Assembly (NCBI GenBank): GCA_002311135.1
Contig: DBZK01000010.1
Coordinates: forward strand, 34,755 to 98,754
Length of the DNA stretch: 64,000 bases
Direction: 5' to 3'
Origin: Dehalococcoidia bacterium UBA1162
GTDB taxonomy: Bacteria; Chloroflexota; Dehalococcoidia; GIF9; UBA5629
A program made the translations under genes and the position numbers. The notes below the pieces were generated by a model. That model had not been told where the DNA came from. It ran no database searches and saw only the letters and a list, made by a program, of their open reading frames with translations. Positions 46,654-56,478 of this stretch are shown piece after piece (position 1 is the first letter of the stretch; every line of letters starts with the position of its first letter).

Positions 46654-48444
46654 TCAAATAGCAATGTGAGTAGCCTGAGAAGCAACCACAATCCACACAA
46701 TCAGTATGGCTATGAGGAAGGCCCCTGTATACACATGGCCGGTCTTGCGGAAGAAGTAGGTGTATACCAGGGCAGCAATGGTCATGATAGGCAAGAATTG
46801 GAAAGCTATAATGCCAAACAGGATGTCACCAGCATTGGTAATAGCAAGTGTGCCGCCGGCTATCAGCGGGATATACTGGTACAGTATCAGTCCCACAAAT
46901 CCCAGGACAAGCAGGGCTATGTTGATCCACGTCTCACCGCAGAGGCCAAACGGCTGACCGCTTTTCTTGAAAGGCCGTAGCTCTCCCTGCAGGACCGTAG
47001 CCAGTACCAGGAAGAAAATCAGGAATGGAATGAGATAGCATAGGAACATCCGGAACTGGAGCAAAGACATGGGTTTAACGGCAAAGACCCAGATACGGTA
47101 ATCAACGTTGAAGAGCAGGCCGGATAATACCAGCGTCAGGTAAGCGACAAAGGCCACGGCCACGGCCAACAAGAGGGCTTTACCGATCTTGGCCCATTCC
47201 AGCTTGGTGCCCCAGGCAAGGCCATAGTTTCCTCCATTGGCCTTGCGATTCCATATAAAGTGCCAGAGTACAAACAATACTATTGAGATGGCTGCATTCA
47301 TCAAAACCCAGACCATAATCTGGTCAGTGATGATTTGAGGAAAGATTGCATTGGTAAAATTTAATTTAAGACCAAAGTCTGTAAATGGGAAATATGTAAC
47401 AGCCGGGATAGCTACCAGAAGGATGGCCCCGATCCACCAGCCGATGCCCTTGACTGTCTTGGGTTCCGGCGTCGCTTCGGCTATTCCTTTGAAGAATTTA
47501 GTCTGCAATAGCAGACTGCCAACCGGGAAGAGCAGCAAAATCATCCCGATGAGGGCTATCAAATTGCCGATCTCTTTCCAGTACCACACCTGGTCTGATG
47601 GCGGCAGGCCGTTGCCGCCTTTCAGTGTTTGCTCAAACCAGTAAATCGCATCTCCAATGGCCGCGGTGGAAAAAGTATCGCCAGGATGGGTATTTTGAGG
47701 CATCCACAGTTCACGGGCGGTGCCTTTCTCGATAGAACCGTAGAGCTGGCCCACCACTACATCCTTGTCCGTACCGAATTGCTCTTTCAACTGATCAGTG
47801 CTGACAATGTTTCTGGGAATATCCGCCATCCACATGGTACCGGAGAACTCCTCCCATAGTGCAAAAACCACCCCAAGATTTTTCGGGAAGGTGGCATCAC
47901 CGGGGGGGGCCGGGGCGGTAGAAGACCCTTCCAAGACCATTGCCTTGTACAGATCCGGAGTGGCGTCAGCAGCAGTAGCAACGGCCGAACCACCCATTGA
48001 ATGGCCTTCAAGACCGATATTATTCTTATCGACGATATCGAGACTGGCCAGATATTTAAGGCCATCCGGGCCGCCAAAACCATTGGCGAAAGCAGCCCCG
48101 CCGGAGTAACCGTGACCCGTCTGATCCATGGCAAGTACAACATAGCCACGTCTTGCAAACTCGATGGCAAAGCCATCCTGAGTTTCGCGGGAATTAATAT
48201 AACCGTGTATAGCCAGGATGCCAGGAGCCGGTGTGGCAGCCGTGGCAGTCTTGGGTACATACAAGAGAGCACTCATAACAACGTTGTTTGTGTCATCTGT
48301 GCTAGACGTGCCCACAAAACGTATGTCCTTGACTTGCACTCTGCCCCAATCGGTTTGAATGCAGGATGCCAGTAAATCACCAACGAGTATTAATATCAGG
48401 GCAATTCCGAGTATTATCCAGGTCTTTTTTGATTGGTTGGCCAT
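46654..48444 (-). CDS. Alpha/beta-hydrolase domain fused to a C-terminal polytopic membrane domain
   Basis: N-terminal TM, then an alpha/beta hydrolase with nucleophile elbow GHSMGG, then about 8 predicted TM helices. Confidence 0.5.
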   Translation of the reverse strand: MANQSKKTWIILGIALILILVGDLLASCIQTDWGRVQVKDIRFVGTSSTDDTNNVVMSALLYVPKTATAATPAPGILAIHGYINSRETQDGFAIEFARRGYVVLAMDQTGHGYSGGAAFANGFGGPDGLKYLASLDIVDKNNIGLEGHSMGGSAVATAADATPDLYKAMVLEGSSTAPAPPGDATFPKNLGVVFALWEEFSGTMWMADIPRNIVSTDQLKEQFGTDKDVVVGQLYGSIEKGTARELWMPQNTHPGDTFSTAAIGDAIYWFEQTLKGGNGLPPSDQVWYWKEIGNLIALIGMILLLFPVGSLLLQTKFFKGIAEATPEPKTVKGIGWWIGAILLVAIPAVTYFPFTDFGLKLNFTNAIFPQIITDQIMVWVLMNAAISIVLFVLWHFIWNRKANGGNYGLAWGTKLEWAKIGKALLLAVAVAFVAYLTLVLSGLLFNVDYRIWVFAVKPMSLLQFRMFLCYLIPFLIFFLVLATVLQGELRPFKKSGQPFGLCGETWINIALLVLGFVGLILYQYIPLIAGGTLAITNAGDILFGIIAFQFLPIMTIAALVYTYFFRKTGHVYTGAFLIAILIVWIVVASQATHIAI

Positions 48445-48821
48445 TTACATACTACCTCCCTATTTATATTTGATTTGCTTGAAACTCATCCAGATTTCTA
48501 GCTTAATCTATATGAATTACACATACCTCACAATAAGATAAGGTGAATACCCAATACCACAAGCTCTCTCACCCCCTTTCGAACAAGGATTGACGATAGA
48601 TTGTAACCGACCCAGTATACCCGAATGTTCATCGCTAAAGCAATGGGTTAGGCTTGCCTTTTGTCGGTTGACCAATTTATTTTCCGGCGAAGTTCAAGAT
48701 CGCATCATTGACGATCTCAGGCCTGTCGATCTGCGGTAGATGGCCGGCCTCCGCGGTAACCATCATCAATTATTACGTTTTCGAATTCTGTGATTATCAA
48801 TACGCTCAATACATGCTAGAA

Positions 48822-48854
48822 ATAAAAAACGGACTTTTGATTAAAAAGTCCGTT
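48822..48854 (-). terminator. Rho-independent terminator of ssrA
   Basis: On the minus strand the stem AACGGACTTT/AAAGTCCGTT is followed by a T-run, immediately after the tmRNA CCA end. Confidence 0.55.
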
Positions 48855-48863
48855 GAATTTTCC

Positions 48864-49212
48864 TGGTGGAGGCGAGGGAGGGTCGAACTCCCCGTCCAGA
48901 AAAAAGTTGCCAGCACTTCTACAGGCTTAGTCTGCACTTTAATGTTGCCCGATTAACCTCTACAGGCGGAGTTTAAACGGGCCAGCCGGTTAAGTCTTAG
49001 ACAATCCCTACCGGCGTTGGGACTGTTGCATCCCGGCATTTCGTCGCCCAATCCCATCCCACCGGGACGAGGAAGGGTTGGACGAGCTGCCTATTTAGGC
49101 TGCTACTGGAACTGCTTCTTCTGCAGTTGTGTTTTGCCACCTGATTAGCGAGGTAGATGGCACCTCGGCCTGCCGTACTGTGGGCTCTTCCCTGTCGAAG
49201 CCACGCGCCCCC
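48864..49212 (-). ncRNA. ssrA: tmRNA (SsrA)
   Basis: The minus strand reads 5' GGGGGCGCGUGGCUUCGACAGG...GGGAGUUCGACCCUCCCUCGCCUCCACCA 3', showing tRNA-Ala-like acceptor/T-arm ends with encoded CCA. An internal reading frame GCA GAA GAA GCA GUU CCA GUA GCA GCC UAA predicts the tag (A)AEEAVPVAA. smpB lies directly upstream. Confidence 0.85.
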
Positions 49213-49227
49213 ATGATTATTGAGTTT

Positions 49228-49695
49228 TTAATGTACTTTTTTGGACCGTGTTTTCATGGCCCTCTCTACTTCACGCTCGGTCTCACGCCGTGCGATGGTA
49301 TCACGCTTGTCGTACATTTTTTTACCCCTGCCAAGTCCCAGTTCCAGTTTCGCGATACCACCTTTAATATATAGCCGCAAGGGTATTACGGTCAAACCTT
49401 TCTGGCCGGCTTTGTCATCCAGCATAGCTATTTGGCTGCGGTGCATCAACAGTTTGCGCTTCCTGTCCGGTTCATGGGTATCAAAACCTCCCGCCTGGTA
49501 AGCGGAGATATGCGAGTTATGCAGCCATAATTCGCCCTTTTCAACCTTGGCATAGGCGTCCTTAATATTCACCCGGCCCATCCTGATTGACTTAATCTCC
49601 GAGCCTTTCAGGGCTATGCCTGCTTCATAGCTTTCCACGATATGATAATCGTGATAAGCTTTCCTGTTTACAGTAATCGTTTTGATATTGTCCAT
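49228..49695 (-). CDS. smpB: SsrA-binding protein SmpB
   Basis: 155 aa. The sequence is canonical SmpB (NRKAYHDYHI, GSEIKS, WLHNSHISAY). Confidence 0.9.
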   Translation of the reverse strand: MDNIKTITVNRKAYHDYHIVESYEAGIALKGSEIKSIRMGRVNIKDAYAKVEKGELWLHNSHISAYQAGGFDTHEPDRKRKLLMHRSQIAMLDDKAGQKGLTVIPLRLYIKGGIAKLELGLGRGKKMYDKRDTIARRETEREVERAMKTRSKKVH

Positions 49696-49749
49696 ATGTG
49701 TTAAAATTCTATCACCGCGTACAACATAAATATAGAGAGGAGGCAGGAA

Positions 49750-50259
49750 ATGTCGGGACTGCGTGAGAAAATGTGGCTTATTATAACAGTATTCCTGGTT
49801 CTAAGCCTGGCCGCCGGCATCGTCTTCCTCTCGATTAGATTAGCGCACCTGCAACCCGTTGAGATCACTCTTTACGACCCCAAGCCACTCAACCTCTCTG
49901 AAAACATCTCCATAAGCGGCGCGGTTGTCCGCCCGGGCATTTACGAAGCCAAACCCGGCGATACACTGACCTCTATTGTCTCTGCCGCCGGCGTATCTGA
50001 AAATGCCGATACAAGCAATTTAAGAATCTATATCCCTACTAAAAATGAATTCTCCCAAACTCAGAAGGTTAATTTAAACCGTGCTGAAGCATGGCTGCTG
50101 CAGTCCCTGCCCGGCATAGGCGAGGGCCGGGCCAGGCTGATCGTCGAATATCGCGATAAGAATGGCCCCTTCCGCAATCTGGATGACCTGCTGAAAATTG
50201 AAGGCTTCGGCACATCGGTGGTGGATAAAATTCGTGATTACGCAACCGTAGTGGATTAA
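49750..50259 (+). CDS. comEA: Competence protein ComEA (helix-hairpin-helix DNA-binding)
   Basis: N-terminal TM, SLBB-like domain and a C-terminal tandem HhH (LQSLPGIGEGRARLIVEYR...FRNLDDLLKIEGFG). Confidence 0.8.
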   Translation: MSGLREKMWLIITVFLVLSLAAGIVFLSIRLAHLQPVEITLYDPKPLNLSENISISGAVVRPGIYEAKPGDTLTSIVSAAGVSENADTSNLRIYIPTKNEFSQTQKVNLNRAEAWLLQSLPGIGEGRARLIVEYRDKNGPFRNLDDLLKIEGFGTSVVDKIRDYATVVD

Positions 50260-50267
50260 ATTTTATC

Positions 50268-52706
50268 ATGCCCCTCTTCTATATAAGCTTGGCATGGCTG
50301 ATTGGAACCCTGTCTGGTTCCCAATTTGTCATTCCGTTGTGGCTGCCGGCGGTCCCCCTGGTACTGCTTATTCCTGCTCTCCTCTTGCGAAATCACAGGA
50401 GACTTCTGATAATCATATGCTTGTGTCTGATTGCCCTGACGGGCGGCATATTGAGATATCAGTCCACAATACAGCCGGTCGACAGCACACAGCTTCAATT
50501 TTTTAACGAAGCCGGCACAGTCAAAATTGAAGGAACTGTCTCAGGGCCGCCCGAAATTCAAAACACGTCTGTTGCTTTCAGGTTTTCCGCGCATAAATTG
50601 ATCAGGAAAAACGATACCGTAATTATAAAGGGCGATGCCCTTGTCAGCTTGCCATTCTACCGGGACTTCCACTATGGGGATACCTTATTGATAACGGGCA
50701 AGCCGGAAACGCCCTCACAATTTGATAATTTCGACTACAAAAATTATCTGGCGCACCAGGACATATATTCTGTAATAAATTACCCGGTAGTAACCGTGCT
50801 TTCCAATAGCGGGGGTTTTCAACCGCTATCATGGATCTATAATTTACGCGACAGGCTGGCCGAAAGCCTCTCGCAGTGCCTGCCTGAGCCTCAATGCTCG
50901 CTGGCGCAGGCCATCCTGCTGGGACTGCGGGGCAACCTGCCTCAATCACTGACACAGTCGTTTTATGCCACGGGCACAACGCATCTTATTGCTATTTCGG
51001 GTCAAAACCTGACCATCATGCTCGGCATGATACTTTCTGCGTCAGTATGGCTGTTCGGAAGAAAAAACAGGATATATATATGGGCCTCTCTTGCTTTCAT
51101 CTGGTTTTATACCGTGCTTACAGGCATGCCGGCCACCATGATACGGGCGGCCGTGATGGGAAGCGTATTCCTGGTTGCCGAGCTGCTGGGCAGGCAGCGT
51201 AACGGCCTGGCAGCGCTTTGCTTTGCCGCCGCACTTATGACAGCCGTACAGCCCGAGGTTATATGGGATACCAGTTTCCAACTCAGCTTCCTTTCCATGA
51301 TGGGACTTATATTTATAGCGCCCTATTTAGTCAAATTTATAAGTCCTCAGGAAGAACTCAGACGCAACGTTTACGCCCAATCATTGAAAAACGTGGCCAT
51401 TATCAGCTTCGGAACCACGATGGCCGCCATAATTGCCACCTGGCCGGTGACAGCCATGAATTTCCATTCTTTTTCCTTATTAGGCGCACCGGCAACCTTC
51501 TTTCTCATGCCTTCCTTTCCCGGGATCATGGTAGTATCGGCCTTTACTTCTCTGGCAGGCCTGGCCTGGCAGCCCATCGGCATTTTTCTCGGCTGGATAG
51601 ACTGGCTGTTTTTAAGCTACTTTATACTGGTCGTCCGTATTTTTAGCGCTATACCGGTCTCATATATTCAGAATTTCAAGCTCGATACCTGGCAAGTATC
51701 ACTATATTATGTAATCCTGGTGGGCGTGCTGCTCAGCCTGAAGCGCAGGCAACAGGCAACCACTATTCTCAGGTCGTTTTTGTCTCGACTTGCAGACGCA
51801 GTTGGCAGCATCGGAAAATTTAAATTCAGACCGTATCTTTACTGGGCACTATCTTTTTTCTTATTAGCTAATATACTGGTTTGGACTGCACTCACCACGC
51901 TTCCTGATGGCAAGCTTCATGTTATTGTATTCGATGTGGGCCAGGGAGAATCGATATTAATCAGGACACCAGAGGGGCAGAACGTGCTGGTCGATTCGGG
52001 TCCCGATCCTCTATCTGCATGCACGCAACTGGGCAATAATCTGCCGTTCTGGGACAGGCACGTCGATTGGCTGATCCAAACTCAGCTACAGTCCGACCAT
52101 TGCAGCGGTGCTCTTGAGCTTTTCAACCGGTACGATGTTAACAGGCTGGCCATTACCGCCTATAAATATGATTCGTCCCTTTCGCGGCAACTTATAGATG
52201 CGGCCTCTCGAAAATTGATTAAAACCTGCATATTGTACGAAGGCCAAAAGCTGAAGCTAGGTGAGAATACCTGGCTGGACGTACTCAACCCTCCCCAAAT
52301 TTTATACTCGGGCACATCGGATGATGCCAATAATAACTCCATGGTGCTCCGCCTAACATATAAAAATGTCAGTTTCCTCTTAACATCCGATATAGGTATG
52401 GAGGCAGAAAGGTATTTAATGGAGAACCGCTCTGACCTCCCCTGCAATGTACTTAAAGTCGCCCATCATGGCAGCAGGGGATCGACCTCCGATGAGTTCC
52501 TGGCCATAGCTCATCCCTCAGCGGCGGTTATATCAGCCGGCATCGCTAACAGGTTCGGTCATCCCAGCAGTGAGGTCCTCAGCAAGCTGACTTCGCAGGT
52601 GGGGAGTGACAGAATATTTGTTACGGCAAGGCAGGGCAACATCGAATTTATTACCGACGGCGATAAACTCTGGTACAAGACCGAGAAACCCGCGCAAAAT
52701 CAATGA
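50268..52706 (+). CDS. comEC: DNA internalisation competence protein ComEC/Rec2 with C-terminal metallo-beta-lactamase domain
   Basis: 812 aa with a DUF4131 N-terminus, the Competence domain (multi-TM; HLIAISGQNL) and a C-terminal MBL (VFDVGQGESILI...HHGSRGS). Confidence 0.85.
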   Translation: MPLFYISLAWLIGTLSGSQFVIPLWLPAVPLVLLIPALLLRNHRRLLIIICLCLIALTGGILRYQSTIQPVDSTQLQFFNEAGTVKIEGTVSGPPEIQNTSVAFRFSAHKLIRKNDTVIIKGDALVSLPFYRDFHYGDTLLITGKPETPSQFDNFDYKNYLAHQDIYSVINYPVVTVLSNSGGFQPLSWIYNLRDRLAESLSQCLPEPQCSLAQAILLGLRGNLPQSLTQSFYATGTTHLIAISGQNLTIMLGMILSASVWLFGRKNRIYIWASLAFIWFYTVLTGMPATMIRAAVMGSVFLVAELLGRQRNGLAALCFAAALMTAVQPEVIWDTSFQLSFLSMMGLIFIAPYLVKFISPQEELRRNVYAQSLKNVAIISFGTTMAAIIATWPVTAMNFHSFSLLGAPATFFLMPSFPGIMVVSAFTSLAGLAWQPIGIFLGWIDWLFLSYFILVVRIFSAIPVSYIQNFKLDTWQVSLYYVILVGVLLSLKRRQQATTILRSFLSRLADAVGSIGKFKFRPYLYWALSFFLLANILVWTALTTLPDGKLHVIVFDVGQGESILIRTPEGQNVLVDSGPDPLSACTQLGNNLPFWDRHVDWLIQTQLQSDHCSGALELFNRYDVNRLAITAYKYDSSLSRQLIDAASRKLIKTCILYEGQKLKLGENTWLDVLNPPQILYSGTSDDANNNSMVLRLTYKNVSFLLTSDIGMEAERYLMENRSDLPCNVLKVAHHGSRGSTSDEFLAIAHPSAAVISAGIANRFGHPSSEVLSKLTSQVGSDRIFVTARQGNIEFITDGDKLWYKTEKPAQNQ

Positions 52707-52814
52707 AACAAAAACAGTTGCGCAAATATCAAGTATAATAGCTGTAGAAATGTATTTCATTTTCAATAATCAGCCGGGTTGCCCGACATCAGGCAATCCT
52801 TTGGGGAGGTAATA

Positions 52815-53489
52815 ATGCACGATCGGGTTGCTATATTTATAGATGGTAGCAATCTTTACCATTCTTTAAAAAACAATTTTAAACGCGTCGACCTCAATTT
52901 CGCGGAATTCACGAAAAAACTTTGCGGCTCACGGCGGCTTATCCGGACCTACTACTACAACGTCCTGCAGGACGCCAACCAGAGAGTGGAGGGGCAAAGA
53001 GAGCAACAGGACTTCCTGGAGACCCTGCGCAAAACCCCTTATCTGGAGTTGCGACTGGGCACAACCAAGCTATCCCAGGGCATTCCGGTAGAAAGGGGCA
53101 TAGATGTAATGCTGGCCACAGACCTTCTATATTTTGCGGCCAACAACTCATATGATATCGCTATACTGGTCAGCGGTGATTCCGATTTCGGCTACACGCT
53201 GCAGGTTGTCAAGGACATGGGCAAACATATTGAAGTGGCCTATTTTGAAAACGCCGCTTCCAGGGATCTGCTGAATTCAGCCGATTACCTGCACGAGCTG
53301 GATAGAAAATTCTTTACGGGCTTATGGACGACGGGCCAGCACCAGTATCCCAAGAGAAGGCGACCGTCACGCTACAGGCCATCCACTAATACAGCAATTA
53401 TCGCCGGCCCTACGATGCAAGTAGACCATACGCCTGTGCAGGAACACCTCACGATCCAGGAACAGGTTGCAACACAGGATCAAACCTGA
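52815..53489 (+). CDS. NYN-domain (LabA-like) putative RNase with Q-rich C-terminal tail
   Basis: VAIFIDGSNLYHS and ILVSGDSDF are NYN/LabA motifs. The ATG at 52815 has a GGAGGT SD. Confidence 0.65.
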   Translation: MHDRVAIFIDGSNLYHSLKNNFKRVDLNFAEFTKKLCGSRRLIRTYYYNVLQDANQRVEGQREQQDFLETLRKTPYLELRLGTTKLSQGIPVERGIDVMLATDLLYFAANNSYDIAILVSGDSDFGYTLQVVKDMGKHIEVAYFENAASRDLLNSADYLHELDRKFFTGLWTTGQHQYPKRRRPSRYRPSTNTAIIAGPTMQVDHTPVQEHLTIQEQVATQDQT

Positions 53490-53718
53490 AATCGGGATAT
53501 TCCGCTTTAAGAGCTTCGTAGCTGATTTCTTCTCCTGTAATCCTGAAGACGCGTTTGGACTGCGCGTAATCTATGATCAGGAAGACAGGTTCCTTGGTAG
53601 CATGAAATGTGACAGTGCCCTTGAGGTCAAGCGATACTACGGATCTCCTGACCAGCGGGATCACCCGGAAGTTACCCAGTTCCAGGGGTTGCTCACTGCT
53701 TACGACTATATTTTCCAT
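53449..53718 (-). CDS. Small hypothetical protein (first gene downstream of the DUF2953/YtfJ-like pair)
   Basis: About 90 aa from the internal ATG (MENIVVSSEQ...) with no recognised motif. The ORF-track start at 53781 overlaps the upstream gene by 58 nt. Confidence 0.3.
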   Translation of the reverse strand: MENIVVSSEQPLELGNFRVIPLVRRSVVSLDLKGTVTFHATKEPVFLIIDYAQSKRVFRITGEEISYEALKAEYPDFRFDPVLQPVPGS

Positions 53719-53723
53719 TGGAT

Positions 53724-54296
53724 TTAAAATAATATCTTTCTCACCTGTTGCACCGATGGGGAGCAAAGGAAAGCCAGGCAAGGTATGATCACCTCTACAG
53801 GGCGGACACCGATGTTACTTTTAAGGTAACCTTCCATTACCAGGTCCTCTTCAAAGACAGGCACCATACGTATGTCAGCGCTAAACCGCTGATTTAGAAG
53901 CAGAGCCAGTGGGATTACCAGCCCGGCGAGCATACCGGTATAGTAATCGTCGCCCAGGCTGAGCTTAAAATCAGATTCGATGTGCCGTATTTTTACGTGT
54001 CCTGAGAGACCTTTTAAGAGAAGCTGGATTTGCTCCCAGATTCCCCTGGTTTGAACGGCTTCATAGATATTTGAAAAAACGGTGAAATCGTCCTTGTCTT
54101 TGGGTCGAATCGTTGGTTCAGAACTAGGATTACCATCCTGAACAAGCTGCCACGATATAAGGCCATACATTAATTTCAGCCTCACTGTGAGATCAGCACG
54201 GCCGTGAAACAGCGCGAAAAGTTCAATTTCCAGGGGGAGAGCCAGCAGAAAAATGATGACGGCCAGAATAATCAGGCCGATAACGATGAGAGTCAA
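53724..54296 (-). CDS. DUF2953-like (YtfI-like) membrane protein
   Basis: 190 aa with an N-terminal TM helix (MTLIVIGLIILAVIIFLLAL), positioned immediately downstream of a GerW/YtfJ-family gene as in the Bacillus ytfI-ytfJ pair. Confidence 0.4.
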   Translation of the reverse strand: MTLIVIGLIILAVIIFLLALPLEIELFALFHGRADLTVRLKLMYGLISWQLVQDGNPSSEPTIRPKDKDDFTVFSNIYEAVQTRGIWEQIQLLLKGLSGHVKIRHIESDFKLSLGDDYYTGMLAGLVIPLALLLNQRFSADIRMVPVFEEDLVMEGYLKSNIGVRPVEVIIPCLAFLCSPSVQQVRKILF

Positions 54297-54302
54297 AGGT
54301 CA

Positions 54303-54674
54303 CTATTCCTTTTTCCGTTCTCCCCACTTATCGGCAATCTTCTCCACCACACCGGGAACTTTTTCGCTCAATTTCTCTATGGCTGCCGCCACGCTGCTCT
54401 TGATGGGTTCGATACGGACACCGTCTTTATCAATTATGATAATGGCGATGGGGCGCATACCGCCTGCCCCACCGGTGCCCCCCTTCATACCTTCGTTAGT
54501 TTGCTTGGCGTCGCTTTTCCCGCCGCCTGCTGCTCCGAATCCGAAACCGACGCTGAGCAATGGGATCAACGTTGTATCGCCTACTATGATCGGTTCACCG
54601 ACCACAGTTTTGCTGCTGAGCACCTTTTCGATCTGGCTTAGTGTGGTTTTAACCATGTTTTCGACATCTTCCAT
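54303..54674 (-). CDS. GerW/YtfJ-family protein
   Basis: 123 aa. GEPIIVGDTTLIPLLSVGFGFGAAGGG...GGTGGAGGMRPIAIIIIDKDGVRIEPI matches the GerW/YtfJ consensus closely. Confidence 0.6.
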   Translation of the reverse strand: MEDVENMVKTTLSQIEKVLSSKTVVGEPIIVGDTTLIPLLSVGFGFGAAGGGKSDAKQTNEGMKGGTGGAGGMRPIAIIIIDKDGVRIEPIKSSVAAAIEKLSEKVPGVVEKIADKWGERKKE

Positions 54675-54777
54675 CGAATTACCCCCTGTTAGGAAACGTA
54701 GATAAATATCATGTTCAATTATATCGTTTTCTGTGGGAATGCCCTAGTCCTGCACAGTTATATAAATAAACCGTGGC

Positions 54778-55515
54778 TCATTTCGTCGAATGATAGATCT
54801 CAAGGTTACCTATATCTATCCACGTCTCTTTAAAGGGGAAGGCCAATACCCGGTCCTTTTCGATCAGGTACGTTATAAAGTTACCCAGGTTATCCCTCTT
54901 GACTTCAAGGCAGAACTCCGAAACAAACGGGAAGACCCTGGAAGGAACAATCCAGCAGGCCGTTGATACCAAGCTCGTTTTGGGGTTGGCAGGTTTTTCC
55001 TCCAGTTCAACTACACGGGTCCCCACCAGTTTGACTACTCCATACCTGGTTGCTTTGGCAAGGTCACCAACGTCGTAGACCGCTATCTGCACATTAATAC
55101 CGTTAAAAGCTGCTATGAACCTGGACATATCGAATTCGAAATAGTTGTCACTGCCAAAGAGCAGCAGGTCTTCATTAACGTTTTTTTTCTTTATCCAGTA
55201 ATCCAGCGATCCAATTGCTCCCAGCTTCTCTTCGTCCGAATATACTTCTTCCACACAAATGATTACGTTCCTGTGCTGTTGCTTTTCCCACTGAAAAAAA
55301 TCATCTTCGAATTTTTTATTTACATTAACCAGGATTTCAATGCCGGGGGGTATTTTATCCACAATATGGTTAATCATCGGTTTGCCCTTGTAGGGCAAAA
55401 GGGCCTTAGCATGGGTGAGAGTCAAGGGATACATCCTTGTACCAAACCCGCTGGCCAGAATCAAGCATTTCATTAGATCATATCTCCAATGGTTTCCCCT
55501 TGTTATCTGACACAA
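54778..55515 (-). CDS. Sugar-phosphate nucleotidyltransferase (NTP-transferase family)
   Basis: MKCLILASGFGTRMYPLT is a G-x-G-T-R nucleotidyltransferase signature. Confidence 0.7.
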   Translation of the reverse strand: MCQITRGNHWRYDLMKCLILASGFGTRMYPLTLTHAKALLPYKGKPMINHIVDKIPPGIEILVNVNKKFEDDFFQWEKQQHRNVIICVEEVYSDEEKLGAIGSLDYWIKKKNVNEDLLLFGSDNYFEFDMSRFIAAFNGINVQIAVYDVGDLAKATRYGVVKLVGTRVVELEEKPANPKTSLVSTACWIVPSRVFPFVSEFCLEVKRDNLGNFITYLIEKDRVLAFPFKETWIDIGNLEIYHSTK

Positions 55516-55565
55516 CAGTTTACCCCTTCATAAGGCTCTATTCAATAGGCTTATTTGTATAGGGT

Positions 55566-56354
55566 ATGAGATCAAAATACAATATATCCATGAAGCCCAA
55601 AAGCCGCCGGTCATTATCCATAGTCGGCCAGCAAGAAATAAAACTCCAAAACAGGATTATAAGCTACACCTTGAAACAAAGCGCCCGCATTCGTGGGATT
55701 CGGTTGGAAATACACAATGAATCGGGCCTGACCGTGGTCGTGCCCAGGAGGCATAGCCGCAAACAAGTCCAGGATATCCTGGTAAAGAAGGCCGACTGGA
55801 TATTGCGGCATCTCCCGGTATCCAAACCAACACAGATGCCCCTTTTTAAAAAAGAAGTCGACCACGGCGAAAAAATACAGTTCATGGGCAAGTTACTCCA
55901 GCTCGCATTAGCATCAGAAGATAGCGAAGGTGATTCACCTGTTCTTAAAGGTAAAACACTATTGATTCCACGAGGTTCGGTAGGAAAAACCAGGGCCGAA
56001 ATGCTTGAAAGGTGGTACCGGCGACAGGCCGCGCTTATTTTCAAGGAAAAGGCCGATAGGTTCCAGAAGATAATGGGGGTCCATTACAGCCGGATCACTA
56101 TTCGCGGGCAGAGAAAGCGCTGGGCCAGCGCCTCGCCGTTGGGAAATCTATCGATCAACTGGAAACTGCTACTGGCCCCTGAAAAGATTATTGATTATGT
56201 GATCATACATGAATTGGCCCATTTCAAACATATGGACCATTCCAGGAAATTCTGGGATTATCTAGCTAAATATTGCCCCAAATGGCGGGAATATCGAAAA
56301 TGGCTGCTTGACCACGAAGACGACCTCAAAGCCCGGGCTTCCTTCGGCCGCTAA
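55566..56354 (+). CDS. YgjP/DUF45 (M48/SprT-like) metal-dependent hydrolase
   Basis: HELAHFKHMDHS is an HEXXH zincin motif in the DUF45 context. Confidence 0.65.
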   Translation: MRSKYNISMKPKSRRSLSIVGQQEIKLQNRIISYTLKQSARIRGIRLEIHNESGLTVVVPRRHSRKQVQDILVKKADWILRHLPVSKPTQMPLFKKEVDHGEKIQFMGKLLQLALASEDSEGDSPVLKGKTLLIPRGSVGKTRAEMLERWYRRQAALIFKEKADRFQKIMGVHYSRITIRGQRKRWASASPLGNLSINWKLLLAPEKIIDYVIIHELAHFKHMDHSRKFWDYLAKYCPKWREYRKWLLDHEDDLKARASFGR

Positions 56355-56478
56355 CCAATATAAGCCCATCATTTACGCAGATGAATGATTAATCAATCAA
56401 TCTATTTGACACAGGGATAAAGCAGAGTTAACATATATTTTTGTTGTTCTCCATTGACCGCGAGAGAGAAATTATTTA

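Noticed and set aside
48445-48863. Genomic island or integrase at the tmRNA 3' end
   Set aside because: Only about 400 nt of non-coding promoter-like sequence separates ssrA from the next gene. There is no integrase and no duplicated tmRNA 3' segment. The short ORF 48708..48956 overlaps the ssrA terminator and tmRNA and is spurious.
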